Source: a virus. From it: a stretch of 37,322 nt of DNA. A model generated the notes under the pieces. That model searched no databases and was not told the DNA's origin. It worked only from the letters and a program-made list of their open reading frames with translations. Where the stretch lies: IMG/VR virus record IMGVR_UViG_3300045136_000429, one strand, 5' to 3'. Below are positions 16,630 to 25,403 of the stretch, in pieces. Made by a program: the position numbers and the translations under genes. Within the stretch, counting starts at the first letter, position 1. The number at the start of each line of letters is the position of its first letter.

Positions 16630-17159
16630 GGTTCGCGCACGATGTTCGGCGAGAGCGGGCCTGTGAGGTCCCACGGGACATCGATCACGTGCGTGCGCAG
16701 CGTGAACGTCAGTTTCAGCTCACGGCCAAGCTGCGTGAGCGTCTCCGGACGCGTCCACGTCGTATCGCCGAACGTGTGATGCCCGTCGCTCGCGTTCGTG
16801 ATCGCGCGCATCGCCCACTGCATGAGCCGGAACGTCGCGCTGACTTGATCCTCCTCGGAGGTCTTGTCCGTCGCCCAGACGTAGCAGGCGAGATCGATCT
16901 CCCAACACGCCAACGGGCGCCATGCTTGCGTCTCGGTGACGCGCACGCCTGGACCCTTCGGCGGAAGGATCCTTCCTCCGCGGCCACCCTCATCGGACGG
17001 CGCGACCACGATGCGGTTTCCGCCCGCTCGCGTGCCCTGCTTCGGGCGCTGCAGCCAGCCGGCGAGGAACTCGGCGTCGACCTGATGCGCCTCTAGGTAG
17101 GCGCGCATGCGGTCGACGAACACCGAGAAACCAGACTCAAGAGTGATCTCCGACGGCAT
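16626..17159 (-). CDS. Tail completion / neck protein (177 aa)
   Basis: Lies between the head-tail joining genes and the sheath gene. ATG at 17159 preceded by GGAGGG. Confidence 0.55.
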   Translation of the reverse strand: MPSEITLESGFSVFVDRMRAYLEAHQVDAEFLAGWLQRPKQGTRAGGNRIVVAPSDEGGRGGRILPPKGPGVRVTETQAWRPLACWEIDLACYVWATDKTSEEDQVSATFRLMQWAMRAITNASDGHHTFGDTTWTRPETLTQLGRELKLTFTLRTHVIDVPWDLTGPLSPNIVREP

Positions 17160-17160
17160 G

Positions 17161-17568
17161 TCACCCTCCGAGCTTGCGTTGGCGCACGCGCTCGATCGCG
17201 CGCTCGATCGCCTCGATCGCTTCCTTCGGCTCCGGGTCGCCCTGCACGAACGGGAGGATCTGCCGGCGCGGGCGGTTCTCACGATGGCCCATCATCCGAT
17301 TCTGAAAGAACGCGCCGTTCGACGGCGACGCGAGCTTGACGACGAAGCTCGCGCCCGACACGGTGACGGATAGCGCGCTCGAGACGTCTGCGTAGGGCGT
17401 GCCGTCCTTGCGCGGCGCGAAGGGCTTGCCCTCGATGTCGCGGCCGGCGGCGGTCTTCTCTCGCAGCGCTCTCAGCGCGTCGTTGGCCGCCTCCTTCGCG
17501 ATCTCCTCGGGCGCCGTGCCGAGAGCCTCGATCTGCTCGATGAGCTCGCGCAGGTCCGCCACGATCAT
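17161..17568 (-). CDS. Head-tail joining / virion morphogenesis protein (135 aa)
   Basis: The true start is MIVADLRELIEQ at 17568 with an ATGA overlap. The upstream part of the tracked ORF is Arg/Gly-rich nonsense. Confidence 0.55.
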   Translation of the reverse strand: MIVADLRELIEQIEALGTAPEEIAKEAANDALRALREKTAAGRDIEGKPFAPRKDGTPYADVSSALSVTVSGASFVVKLASPSNGAFFQNRMMGHRENRPRRQILPFVQGDPEPKEAIEAIERAIERVRQRKLGG

Positions 17569-18026
17569 CGCCTCCCGCGCATCGTCCGGTGCCAGTCGAT
17601 CGGCGAGCGGAACGAGAACGCGCGAGCCCTCCGCCTCGACACGCCGTCCTCGTCCTGCTTGCCAGGCTCCGGCTCGCGAAGAGGAAGCTCGACGAGTCCG
17701 TCCCGCGCGTTCGCTGCCTTCGAGAGCCACTCGATCGCCTCGTCCCGTGCCTTCACGATCTCGCCGTCTTGCTGGCTCGACGGATCGAAGCCGATGAAGA
17801 TACGGATCTGGTACGAGAGGATCTGAGCGGCGTGGAACTTTACCGCCTCGGGCACCGGATCCTTGAAGGGCGTGGCGTACCGCTTGAACAGGTACGAGTC
17901 GATCAGGCGAGACACCGCCTCCGACATCGCCTCGAAGCGCCCAGGGTGCTTGTCGACGAAGTCGTCGAGTTCCGCGTCTGGGATCGAGCCCATGACGCGA
18001 AAGTATGCGATGTCGACATACGCCAT
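17565..18026 (-). CDS. Head-tail connector protein, DUF1320 (Mu gp36-like)
   Basis: MAYVDIAYFRVMGSIPDAELDDFV is typical of the N-terminus of the DUF1320 family. First gene after the capsid gene. Confidence 0.65.
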   Translation of the reverse strand: MAYVDIAYFRVMGSIPDAELDDFVDKHPGRFEAMSEAVSRLIDSYLFKRYATPFKDPVPEAVKFHAAQILSYQIRIFIGFDPSSQQDGEIVKARDEAIEWLSKAANARDGLVELPLREPEPGKQDEDGVSRRRARAFSFRSPIDWHRTMRGRR

Positions 18027-18044
18027 CTGCGCCCTCTAATGACA

Positions 18045-18078
18045 ACGGCCCGCGCCGGTCGGACCGAACGCGGGCCGT
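18045..18078 (-). terminator. Strong GC hairpin (10-bp perfect stem, 14-nt loop) downstream of the major capsid gene
   Basis: ACGGCCCGCG (18045-18054) pairs with CGCGGGCCGT (18069-18078). No clear U-tract follows, so it may attenuate transcription or stabilise the mRNA rather than terminate fully. Confidence 0.45.
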
Positions 18079-18097
18079 CGCGGTCAGATCGCGCCCG

Positions 18098-19036
18098 TCA
18101 CTGGCAGATGCAGCGCTGCGCGAGGTACGGGTGACCGAGATACGCGGTGAGGTCGCCGGTCACGAGGTACTCGAGCTCCTGCATGCGAGCCAGCTCGGGC
18201 ACCGTGAGCCCGTCGAAGTTCGTCATCGTCATCGGGATAAGCGTCGAGATCCCGAACGGACGCGCGAACGCGCCGCCTCCCTCGAGCTCGCCGACGACGA
18301 TCCAGACGTCCTTGTTGCCCACCTGCTCGAGCCCCGGCACCTGCACCGGGGTGATGTCGTACGAGCGCCGGATGATGTTCTCGGTCGTGCCGTTCGAGGT
18401 CCCGAAGAAGGCCGCATTCGTCGCCACGTGCGCCTTGTACTTGAGGGACGGGGGATGAAGCAGCCACTTTGCGCGAAGCGCGCGAGGCGTGCCGTCGGGC
18501 ATCCTTCGGTCTTCGATCTGCGAGGCCGCCCAAGCGAGATTCTCCGGCGTCAGATCACGGCCCGCCTCCGTATTGGAGTAGACGCCCTGCGTGTTGTCCC
18601 TGTAGTTGTTGAAATGCCCTGTGTGCCAGAACGGGAGTCCGTCGTACGCCTTCGCGCTCTGGTCGTTGATGAGCTGCAGCAGCAACTTCTGCGGCAGCAG
18701 CGCGGCGGAGGCACCGAGACCAGCCGCAGCATCGGTCTTGATCTGCAGCGCGTTCTGCGTTTTGAAGTCGCGGTCTCGCACGACGAAACCACCGCCGGCC
18801 TGCTCGTGCTTGATCGCCATCCCGTGGGTCTTGAGGTCCGAGTACTCGATGCCCGGACCGACCCGGATCCGGATGTCCTCAACCAGGAACTCCCGGAGGT
18901 CGGCGACTCCGGCCCCCTCCACCTCGTTGGCGACGATGCTCGCCCAGCGGTTCTTGAGGGCGTTGTCGTAGCTGGCCTGATAGACGCTCTGCAGCGTCTT
19001 GTTCAGGGCCATCACGTGTTGCATCGGGGTGAACAT
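18098..19036 (-). CDS. Major capsid protein (Mu gpT-like)
   Basis: 312 aa, following the scaffold and decoration genes. GGAGACGGAGAG lies upstream of the ATG. Flanked by the largest intergenic gaps in the late operon. Confidence 0.8.
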   Translation of the reverse strand: MFTPMQHVMALNKTLQSVYQASYDNALKNRWASIVANEVEGAGVADLREFLVEDIRIRVGPGIEYSDLKTHGMAIKHEQAGGGFVVRDRDFKTQNALQIKTDAAAGLGASAALLPQKLLLQLINDQSAKAYDGLPFWHTGHFNNYRDNTQGVYSNTEAGRDLTPENLAWAASQIEDRRMPDGTPRALRAKWLLHPPSLKYKAHVATNAAFFGTSNGTTENIIRRSYDITPVQVPGLEQVGNKDVWIVVGELEGGGAFARPFGISTLIPMTMTNFDGLTVPELARMQELEYLVTGDLTAYLGHPYLAQRCICQ

Positions 19037-19100
19037 CTTTCGTCTCTCCGTCTCCGTGGAGGGTGAGGTTCGGACTCCGACTCTTCGTCAGAGATCAGAG

Positions 19101-19496
19101 TCAGAGGGGGAGGATCACGCGGACGCGACCGTCGGCCTCGACGCCCGAGATCGTTCCCGCAAGCACCGCGTCCTCGCTCGTGAGCGACACGGTCTTGGGG
19201 TCCGCGCCCACGTAGCAGGGCTTCGTGACGTCCCTCAGACCGATCCCGGAGCCGGCGAAGAGGTACTCCTTCTGCCCGCGCGAGAACTCGATCGTGACCC
19301 ACACGTCGCCGTCGTTCCCGGCCGTGTTGTCGGCGTCCTCAATCGCGACGCCGAAGACCGTCCCCGAAACGCCGGGACCGGGCGCGGGGGCCGGCTCCGC
19401 GCAGCCGCTTGAGTTGATTACGACCGTGTCACCGGCGGCGATCCTCTCGCCGCCGGCAACCGGAACGATGTCCTTGTCCGTTCGGATGAAGCCCAT
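19101..19496 (-). CDS. Head decoration/cement-type protein (DUF2190-like)
   Basis: 131 aa. Its position between the scaffold and capsid genes and its Gly/Val-rich beta composition fit DUF2190-type proteins. Confidence 0.55.
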   Translation of the reverse strand: MGFIRTDKDIVPVAGGERIAAGDTVVINSSGCAEPAPAPGPGVSGTVFGVAIEDADNTAGNDGDVWVTIEFSRGQKEYLFAGSGIGLRDVTKPCYVGADPKTVSLTSEDAVLAGTISGVEADGRVRVILPL

Positions 19497-19506
19497 CGTG
19501 CTCCCC

Positions 19507-19962
19507 TCACTTGCTCAGGTTGCGGAGCGTGTTCCGAGCGGCCGCCTCGATCGCCATGATCGTGGCGTCCTTCGGAGCCGGCGGATCCACGCGCGGGATG
19601 ACCGTCGGCCTCGACGCCCGCTTCGCGAGGCCGATCGACGAAGCCTTCTCGAGCTTCGCCACTCGCTCGGTGAGCGACTTGATCGTCGCGAGCGCGGACG
19701 CGAGCTCCTTCGACGGCTCCTTCTCCTCCTCGCTCCCGCCGGACTCCGACGACGTCGTCGGCTCGCCCTCCGACGTGTTCGCCTTCTCCTCGGACGACTC
19801 CGAGGACTCCGACGCCTGCGTCTCCTGCTCCTGCGCTTGCTGCGCGTCGAGCAGCGAATTGAAGTACGCGGACAGCTTGTCGAGCGCCGCCGCCTTCGCC
19901 TCGTCGGAGGCGGACGCGTCGACGAGGGTCGCAAGCGCCGCGATCAGCTCCTTCGGATCCAT
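19507..19962 (-). CDS. Scaffolding protein
   Basis: 151 aa, acidic Ser/Glu-rich and helical. Lies between the protease and capsid genes. ATG lies 15 nt after late-motif copy 4. Confidence 0.65.
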   Translation of the reverse strand: MDPKELIAALATLVDASASDEAKAAALDKLSAYFNSLLDAQQAQEQETQASESSESSEEKANTSEGEPTTSSESGGSEEEKEPSKELASALATIKSLTERVAKLEKASSIGLAKRASRPTVIPRVDPPAPKDATIMAIEAAARNTLRNLSK

Positions 19963-19977
19963 CACCTGGATCGGCGC

Positions 19978-19994
19978 ACAAAAGAAGGCGTCAC
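19978..19994 (-). promoter_or_regulatory. Late intercistronic motif copy 4
   Basis: Exact 17-mer within an identical 19-mer. Its TGA (19993-19991) is the protease stop. Confidence 0.8.
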
Positions 19995-20566
19995 GATCTC
20001 GAGCGAAGCTGCAGCACGCGAAGCTTCGCCATCGAGAGAGAAAGCCGTCCGCCCAACGGCGACACGGACATCGCGGACGCAAGCGCGGGGATGCCGTGAG
20101 TCCTCGGGTTGTTCGTCAGCGCGCAGTTCACGTACGAGATGACTTCACGCGTTTTCTCCTCGACGTAGAAACACGGCGAGAAGTACCGCCACTCCGGCGG
20201 GTCCGCCTCGAGCCCGGCGCGCGCCTCGTCCGTCCACGTGCACGACACGGCCCAGAGCTCCGGCTTGCCGTTCTCGTCCTCGCGCACCTCGAGGACGTGC
20301 CAACCAGCAGCCTTCGACGCTTCGGGCGGCGCGTCCGGCATCATCGACCGGTGGTCGAAGTCGAAGCTGTAGATCCGACCGCGCTCGTTCTGCTCCTTGA
20401 TGAGGAGCTCCGCCGACCGCTCCGAGAACACGAACGGTTCCCCACCGTCGCACGCGTTCGGCCCGTACGCCCAGATCCGGAACGCCGTCGGCGCCTTCCC
20501 CGGACCGGGGCGCTCGACAAGCGGTCGCGCGGCGGCGAGCTCGGAGATCGCAAGAATCGACCTCAA
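19991..20566 (-). CDS. Prohead protease (Mu gpI-like)
   Basis: FRIWAYGPN ... FDFDHRSMM ... ASKAAGWHVLEVRED ... WRYFSPCF follows the Mu-like protease I pattern. TTG start with GGAGGTG 6 nt upstream and a TTGA overlap with the portal stop. Confidence 0.75.
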   Translation of the reverse strand: MRSILAISELAAARPLVERPGPGKAPTAFRIWAYGPNACDGGEPFVFSERSAELLIKEQNERGRIYSFDFDHRSMMPDAPPEASKAAGWHVLEVREDENGKPELWAVSCTWTDEARAGLEADPPEWRYFSPCFYVEEKTREVISYVNCALTNNPRTHGIPALASAMSVSPLGGRLSLSMAKLRVLQLRSRS

Positions 20567-21849
20567 GACACACCTCCGGTGATCGGCACACCGAACTTAC
20601 GAGCCATCGCGGCGACGTCGACTCGCTCGGGGGCGCCGCTCGTCACGAGCGCGTCGAGCCACTTCTTCACCGCGTCGCCGCCGACGTTCACGGCGTTCGC
20701 CTCCGACGCGAGATCCTTCGGCGGCGTCGCGTCCCATCGCACGCGCGGTCGGTGGAACCAGCCATCGAACGAAAATCGTCGCTGCGCCCAGACAGGGATC
20801 ACCTGCTCGTTCAGCGCGGACGCCATCGTCTCCGCGTCGCCACGGATGAGGTCGTGCTTGACCTTGGCGAAGACGCTATTGTTCGCGAAACCGGTGCCCG
20901 GCTCGGTGGTTCCACGCTGGCCGGAGATCGCGAATATGACGTCCTCCTTCGATGCCTCGAGCTGGTCCTTCATCGAGCTGGGCGTCGTCTGCGACGGGTG
21001 CTCGAGATCGAACTGCCATCCCTCGTTCAAGAGGATGGCCGGGAACGGGCCGAAATGGTTGATCGCGTCGAACGTCTCGCGGACCTCGTCCTCGTTCGCG
21101 CCGTTCGGGACCGTGAGCTTCTTGATCGGGAACGCGAGGGAGTTGTTCCAGGCGCCCAAGTTGAGGAACGCCTGCCTACGTGTGACGTAGGCGAACGCGA
21201 GAGCGCGCCAAAGGCCGTACCTCCACGGGTAATCCGACCCATGCGGGAACGCGAGCAGCCATCGGCCATCGCCCGGCGTCACCGGCTCCTGCTCGCCGTA
21301 CGCCGTGCGGACGTACCACTGATTTTCGCTGAATCGGTACGTGAGGAACTCGGGGTTCCTTCGAACGAGACGAAGCCGTCCGTCCTCGTCCTCGAGGATC
21401 TCCCCGAACATGATGTTCAGGAGCCCGCCGTCACGAGCGATCAGGCTAAGTTCCGACGCCGGGCATAGCGTGTCGAACTCGCGCGAGAGCGCGATCGCGT
21501 ATTCCTCCGCCGGACGCATTGACCCTCGGTACGGTCGACCGTCTGGCGCCTCTTCCACGCTCGCCTCGAAGTACCGAGGCAGGTGGAGCATGCCATCGAA
21601 GCGCGTCGACAGCTCTCCCGCGATCAGGCCGTCGCCGATCAGCGTGTCGGCGATGCGGCCGATCATCTGCATGTTGCCCGTCTCGGCGACGGCCAGCGCG
21701 GCGTCGATGTCCGGGATGTCCCAGTCGACGTACGTGGGCATCCACGGCGTGAGGTTCAACGCGCGCTTGCCGCGTCCGCCCTTCTTGACCTCGCGCGGAC
21801 CCTGCGAACCTCGCACGAAGTTCAGGAATCGACGGACGACATTGGGCAT
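20563..21849 (-). CDS. Portal protein (Mu gp29 / DUF935-like)
   Basis: 428 aa, between the large terminase and protease genes. Confidence 0.8.
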   Translation of the reverse strand: MPNVVRRFLNFVRGSQGPREVKKGGRGKRALNLTPWMPTYVDWDIPDIDAALAVAETGNMQMIGRIADTLIGDGLIAGELSTRFDGMLHLPRYFEASVEEAPDGRPYRGSMRPAEEYAIALSREFDTLCPASELSLIARDGGLLNIMFGEILEDEDGRLRLVRRNPEFLTYRFSENQWYVRTAYGEQEPVTPGDGRWLLAFPHGSDYPWRYGLWRALAFAYVTRRQAFLNLGAWNNSLAFPIKKLTVPNGANEDEVRETFDAINHFGPFPAILLNEGWQFDLEHPSQTTPSSMKDQLEASKEDVIFAISGQRGTTEPGTGFANNSVFAKVKHDLIRGDAETMASALNEQVIPVWAQRRFSFDGWFHRPRVRWDATPPKDLASEANAVNVGGDAVKKWLDALVTSGAPERVDVAAMARKFGVPITGGVS

Positions 21850-21871
21850 GAGGCTTCATGCGTCCGGTGTT

Positions 21872-21888
21872 ACAAAAGAAGGCGTCAC
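21872..21888 (-). promoter_or_regulatory. Late intercistronic motif copy 5
   Basis: Exact 17-mer. Its TGA (21887-21885) is the terminase stop. The portal ATG lies 22 nt downstream. Confidence 0.8.
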
Positions 21889-23621
21889 CGACGGCGCTGT
21901 GTGAGCCACTGCGAGAGCACGCGTCCAGGCGTCGGCCGGATGCGATCCGACGGCGGCGTCACGCGAGGACGAGGAGGCGGCGGCGCAGGGCGACCGGGAG
22001 GAGGCACGACACGGGCCCACGTCCGCTCGTGCAGGCCGTCCGGTTCCCAGACCGCTAGCCCGAGGCTGTCCGCACGGTCCGGCGACCGTTTGAGCCGCTT
22101 CCGGATCGAGTCCTTGCGCTCGATCGTCCGCTTGTGCGCGTGCTTTGGGTTGTGCGGGCTCCCGTACGTCACCGTGTAGAGCTCCTCATGCAAGAGGGGA
22201 TCGTTTGGTAGCTCCCCTCCGGCGCGGATCCACGCGCGCACCGTGAACCAAATCTCGTCCCGGATGAACAGGTACTCGTCGAACCGCACCGGCGGCGGAT
22301 CGCCAGGCCGAACGGCGAAGACGACGTCTTGCCGCGCCTTCGTTCGCAGGATCTCGCGGTACGTGTCGGCGCCGATGCCTGCTGCGTCGACCTTGATGCG
22401 GACGCTCTCTCCGGGCGCCCGGTACCTGTCCGCGATCCGCACCACCTCGTCGGCGATGCCGAACTTGTCGAGCCCGTTGTGCACGGACTGCTCGATGCAC
22501 ACGAGCCCGCGCACGGCCGTGATCACGATGTCGTCAGCGTCGGGACCTTCACCGGCGACGTCGACGCCTATCGCAAGCTGGCCTGCCTCGCGCGCGAACA
22601 GCTCCGGCGGTCGACCTTTCAACAGCTCTCGTCGCTCGAGCCATCGAGCCACGGCATCGTCGACCATGCCCCTCGAGATGAGCTGCTTGTCGTCGACCCT
22701 CGGAAACTGCGCGAGAACGCGCAACCGATACTCGGGATGATCCTCGTCGCCGCCACACTCGGCGAGCACCTCCTCGACCCACACGCGCGACGCGAACGCT
22801 GCAGACGCAGGGATGATGCCTGCCTCGACGTACGAGATTATCTCGAAGGCGTCGATCCGAAAGGTATGGTACAGGTGCTCGTGCCGATGAAACGCGTCGA
22901 AGAATACTCCCGACGCATAGTTCGCGTTGCCGAGCAGCAACAGGCGAGTTTGCTCTGCGGCGAGGGACGTCTTGAGCGCCGTCATGTGCTCGTCCCGGAT
23001 GCCGGGCGCCTCGTCAACGATGATGAGGATCCGGCCACTGAGCCCCTGTAGCGCGACCGGATTCGTCGCCGCGACTCCGAAAATCTGCCGCCCATCGGGC
23101 GCCGTTATGCCGTCGGTCGGCTTCGTCAACGGCTCCTCCTCGATGATCGCCGAATGCGGGCACGGTTTCGGAAGCTCCTCCTCCCGGATGTACTCGGGAT
23201 TCGGGTGCGTCCGAGCGAAGGCCTCGCGGCAGTCGCCGCAGCAACCGGAGCGACGCACGAGCGCTCGGATCTCGTGGTACAGGTTCGAGTCGAGGTTGTC
23301 TTCCGTCGGCGCGAACAGGATCGCGCGCGCGCCGGGGAATGTGCAGTACCACCAGAGAGCCGTGACGCCGCCCGTCATGGTCTTTCCGGCCTTGTGGCAA
23401 GTCACGACGGCCGTGCGTCGGTTTTGGACGACAGAGAAAATGATCTGCACCTGCCCAGGATGCAGACGGATCCCGAAGATGTCCCACGCGAACGCCTCGG
23501 GGTCGTCTCGGTACTTCGGCGACGGCCACTGAAGCCGAGATGCACGCTCCGCGGCGACGTGGATCGCGTCTCGGAAGGCGAGGTAGATCGGTGTCTCCGT
23601 GGTCGTCACTTCCGCCACCAT
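21885..23621 (-). CDS. terL: Terminase large subunit
   Basis: Walker A-like VVTCHKAGKTMTGG and Walker B-like ILIIVDEA, followed by a C-terminal nuclease-sized domain. The true start is MVAEVTTT at 23621; the 204-aa Arg-rich extension in the ORF track is rejected. Confidence 0.85.
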   Translation of the reverse strand: MVAEVTTTETPIYLAFRDAIHVAAERASRLQWPSPKYRDDPEAFAWDIFGIRLHPGQVQIIFSVVQNRRTAVVTCHKAGKTMTGGVTALWWYCTFPGARAILFAPTEDNLDSNLYHEIRALVRRSGCCGDCREAFARTHPNPEYIREEELPKPCPHSAIIEEEPLTKPTDGITAPDGRQIFGVAATNPVALQGLSGRILIIVDEAPGIRDEHMTALKTSLAAEQTRLLLLGNANYASGVFFDAFHRHEHLYHTFRIDAFEIISYVEAGIIPASAAFASRVWVEEVLAECGGDEDHPEYRLRVLAQFPRVDDKQLISRGMVDDAVARWLERRELLKGRPPELFAREAGQLAIGVDVAGEGPDADDIVITAVRGLVCIEQSVHNGLDKFGIADEVVRIADRYRAPGESVRIKVDAAGIGADTYREILRTKARQDVVFAVRPGDPPPVRFDEYLFIRDEIWFTVRAWIRAGGELPNDPLLHEELYTVTYGSPHNPKHAHKRTIERKDSIRKRLKRSPDRADSLGLAVWEPDGLHERTWARVVPPPGRPAPPPPRPRVTPPSDRIRPTPGRVLSQWLTQRRR

Positions 23622-24292
23622 GAGCCTTTCCCCGCGTGGTGAGACAGGATGCCGAGGTGATCGACGAGGTGACGGAGCGCCGCTGCCTGCGCGGAGAGCT
23701 CCGGCGACCGGTCGACTCGTGCCAGCGCGCGGAAGAACTCGCGCTTGATCTTGTTCGCACGCGTCCTCGTCCACACGTGCCGTTGGTGAGGCGTCTTGTC
23801 CTCCGGACACGGCCAGCGTCGTCGCGCGACCTCCGAGAACGATGTCGTCTCGTAGACGTCGCGCACGACAGCCAGGCGCGTCGGCGAGAGGACACGCTCG
23901 AGCGCTCGCATGTCGACCTCCGGCCTCGTCGCAAGGTACATGATGCGCGCGCGAGCTCGCCGGACGAGATAGCTCACCACCTGCTGACTGCGCACGTCGA
24001 GCACGTCCGCGATCTCCGCCTGCGGCGTCTTCGGGTAACCGAGCAACCCGAGATGAAGAGCGAGCGCGAGCGCCTCGTGAGCCGGGATCCTTTCGAGGTA
24101 CTTCTCGAGCCGTGCCTGCGCGAGCTCTCGGATCGCTGCGTAGTCTCTCTCTGCCATGTCGTCCTCGTCGCCTTCCTCGGCGGCGATCAGGAGATCTTCC
24201 GGCGTCACCGAGTTGCGGACCTCCGGCATCCACTCGACCTCGTGCAGCGGCAGGAACGGCCCGCCGTGCGCCCTCGTCGTCGCGACCGTCAT
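23606..24292 (-). CDS. Sigma-70 region-4-like HTH protein; probable terminase small subunit (alternatively a late-gene regulator)
   Basis: PAHEALALALHLGLLGYPKTPQAEIADVLDVRSQQVVSYLVRRARARI looks like a region-4 HTH. Immediately upstream of terL, overlapping it by 16 nt. Confidence 0.55.
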   Translation of the reverse strand: MTVATTRAHGGPFLPLHEVEWMPEVRNSVTPEDLLIAAEEGDEDDMAERDYAAIRELAQARLEKYLERIPAHEALALALHLGLLGYPKTPQAEIADVLDVRSQQVVSYLVRRARARIMYLATRPEVDMRALERVLSPTRLAVVRDVYETTSFSEVARRRWPCPEDKTPHQRHVWTRTRANKIKREFFRALARVDRSPELSAQAAALRHLVDHLGILSHHAGKGSWWRK

Positions 24293-24870
24293 GGGAACGC
24301 CTTTGCTACGGCCGCAAGGGCCTCGGGGAACTGCGCCAGCGCGTCGACGATGCGTTGCACGCATCGACGGAACTCGGGATGGGCGGCGATGCGCTGCATC
24401 GTCAGCGCGTTCTCGCCAGTGCTGCGGTCGAGCGCGATCTGCGCGTCCACGAGCTTCTTGATCGCTTCGGCCCTCTTGACGCCAGAGAGCTCGGTCGAGC
24501 GCTCTAGCTCGCGGATGCCCTCGCGGATGTACCGCCGGAGGCGATCCGTATTGCTCTCCACGTCTTCGTCCTCCGCGTCCTCGTCGTCTTCGTCGTCCGC
24601 CTCCGACGGAGGCGGTGGCGGTGGCGGCGGCGGCGCCTTCCGGCGTGGCTTCGCCGACCTCGCGGGCTCCGGAGGGGTCGGCGGCGCGTTGGTCCGCCCG
24701 TAGAGCTCCTCGAGACGCGCGAGCTGCGCCGCCGTCAGTCGCCTCGCCCCCGATCGCCACCGCGTCACGAGGGACTTATCGACGCCGACCTTGGCCGCGA
24801 TCTCAGCGTGCGAGTCTGGGCAGTTCGCGATCAGCTCCCGCGCCCGTGCCGTCGTCGGGTCCTCTGTCAT
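24289..24870 (-). CDS. HTH DNA-binding protein with a poly-Pro/acidic linker; first gene of the packaging/late block
   Basis: N-terminal HTH ELIANCPDSHAEIAAKVGVDKSLVTRWRSG, then PPPPPPPPP and a DDEDDEDAEDED linker. GGAGGG lies before the ATG at 24870. Confidence 0.6.
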   Translation of the reverse strand: MTEDPTTARARELIANCPDSHAEIAAKVGVDKSLVTRWRSGARRLTAAQLARLEELYGRTNAPPTPPEPARSAKPRRKAPPPPPPPPPSEADDEDDEDAEDEDVESNTDRLRRYIREGIRELERSTELSGVKRAEAIKKLVDAQIALDRSTGENALTMQRIAAHPEFRRCVQRIVDALAQFPEALAAVAKAFP

Positions 24871-24925
24871 GGCCTCGCCCTCCGACCGTTGACGGCCCGT
24901 CCTCCCATCGGCAACCCTGGTAGTC

Positions 24926-25402
24926 ATGCGTCCCATGCGTCCCGCCCTCGTGCTCCGGTCACTTGTCTCCGGTCTATGCGTGTACGTCGTTGCGGCCGCC
25001 TGCGCCGCCACCGAACACCACCTATCCACCGCTGACGGCGGCGTCGTCGACCTCGGCGACGCCATCGCCGAGCTCCCCGATGTTGTCGCCGACGCCCTCA
25101 GCAACCCGGTCGGCGAAGCCGAGGCCGCGCCATCCCTCAGCGTCGACGTCGCTACCGAGCCGTGCTCGACAGTCCTAAGGTACGGGAGCGGCGAAGCGTA
25201 CTTTGCCGTCCACGCGTACCCAGGTCGGAGCCGTGTCGAGCTCTCCGCGGTGCGGGCCATCGTGAGGTCCGAGCTCGTGCCCGACTACCCCGACAGCGTC
25301 GGCGCCGCCGTCTTCGTGCGAGACGGGAGCGTAGCTGTCTTCTGCGGGCTCACCGGCAGCGGAGCTCCGCAGCACTCGGTGACCCTCGTCCTTCCGCGCT
25401 GA
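24926..25402 (+). CDS. Predicted secreted or membrane-anchored protein, encoded opposite to all its neighbours (moron-like)
   Basis: N-terminal signal-like MRPALVLRSLVSGLCVYVVAAACA. Very high GC3 in this frame. The competing minus-strand frames translate to Ser/Thr/Arg-rich nonsense. Confidence 0.6.
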   Translation: MRPMRPALVLRSLVSGLCVYVVAAACAATEHHLSTADGGVVDLGDAIAELPDVVADALSNPVGEAEAAPSLSVDVATEPCSTVLRYGSGEAYFAVHAYPGRSRVELSAVRAIVRSELVPDYPDSVGAAVFVRDGSVAVFCGLTGSGAPQHSVTLVLPR

Positions 25403-25403
25403 C

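Noticed and set aside
21885-24233. Tracked 782-aa version of the terminase ORF. Similar long N-terminal extensions are tracked for the ORFs at 3546-4616, 8830-10116, 12091-14037, 14186-14776, 16626-17282, 17161-18045, 23606-24760, 24289-25260 and 25786-27087.
   Set aside because: The upstream parts are Arg-rich nonsense that overlaps the real upstream gene. Internal starts with ATGA-type coupling or a Shine-Dalgarno sequence give proteins of the expected size.
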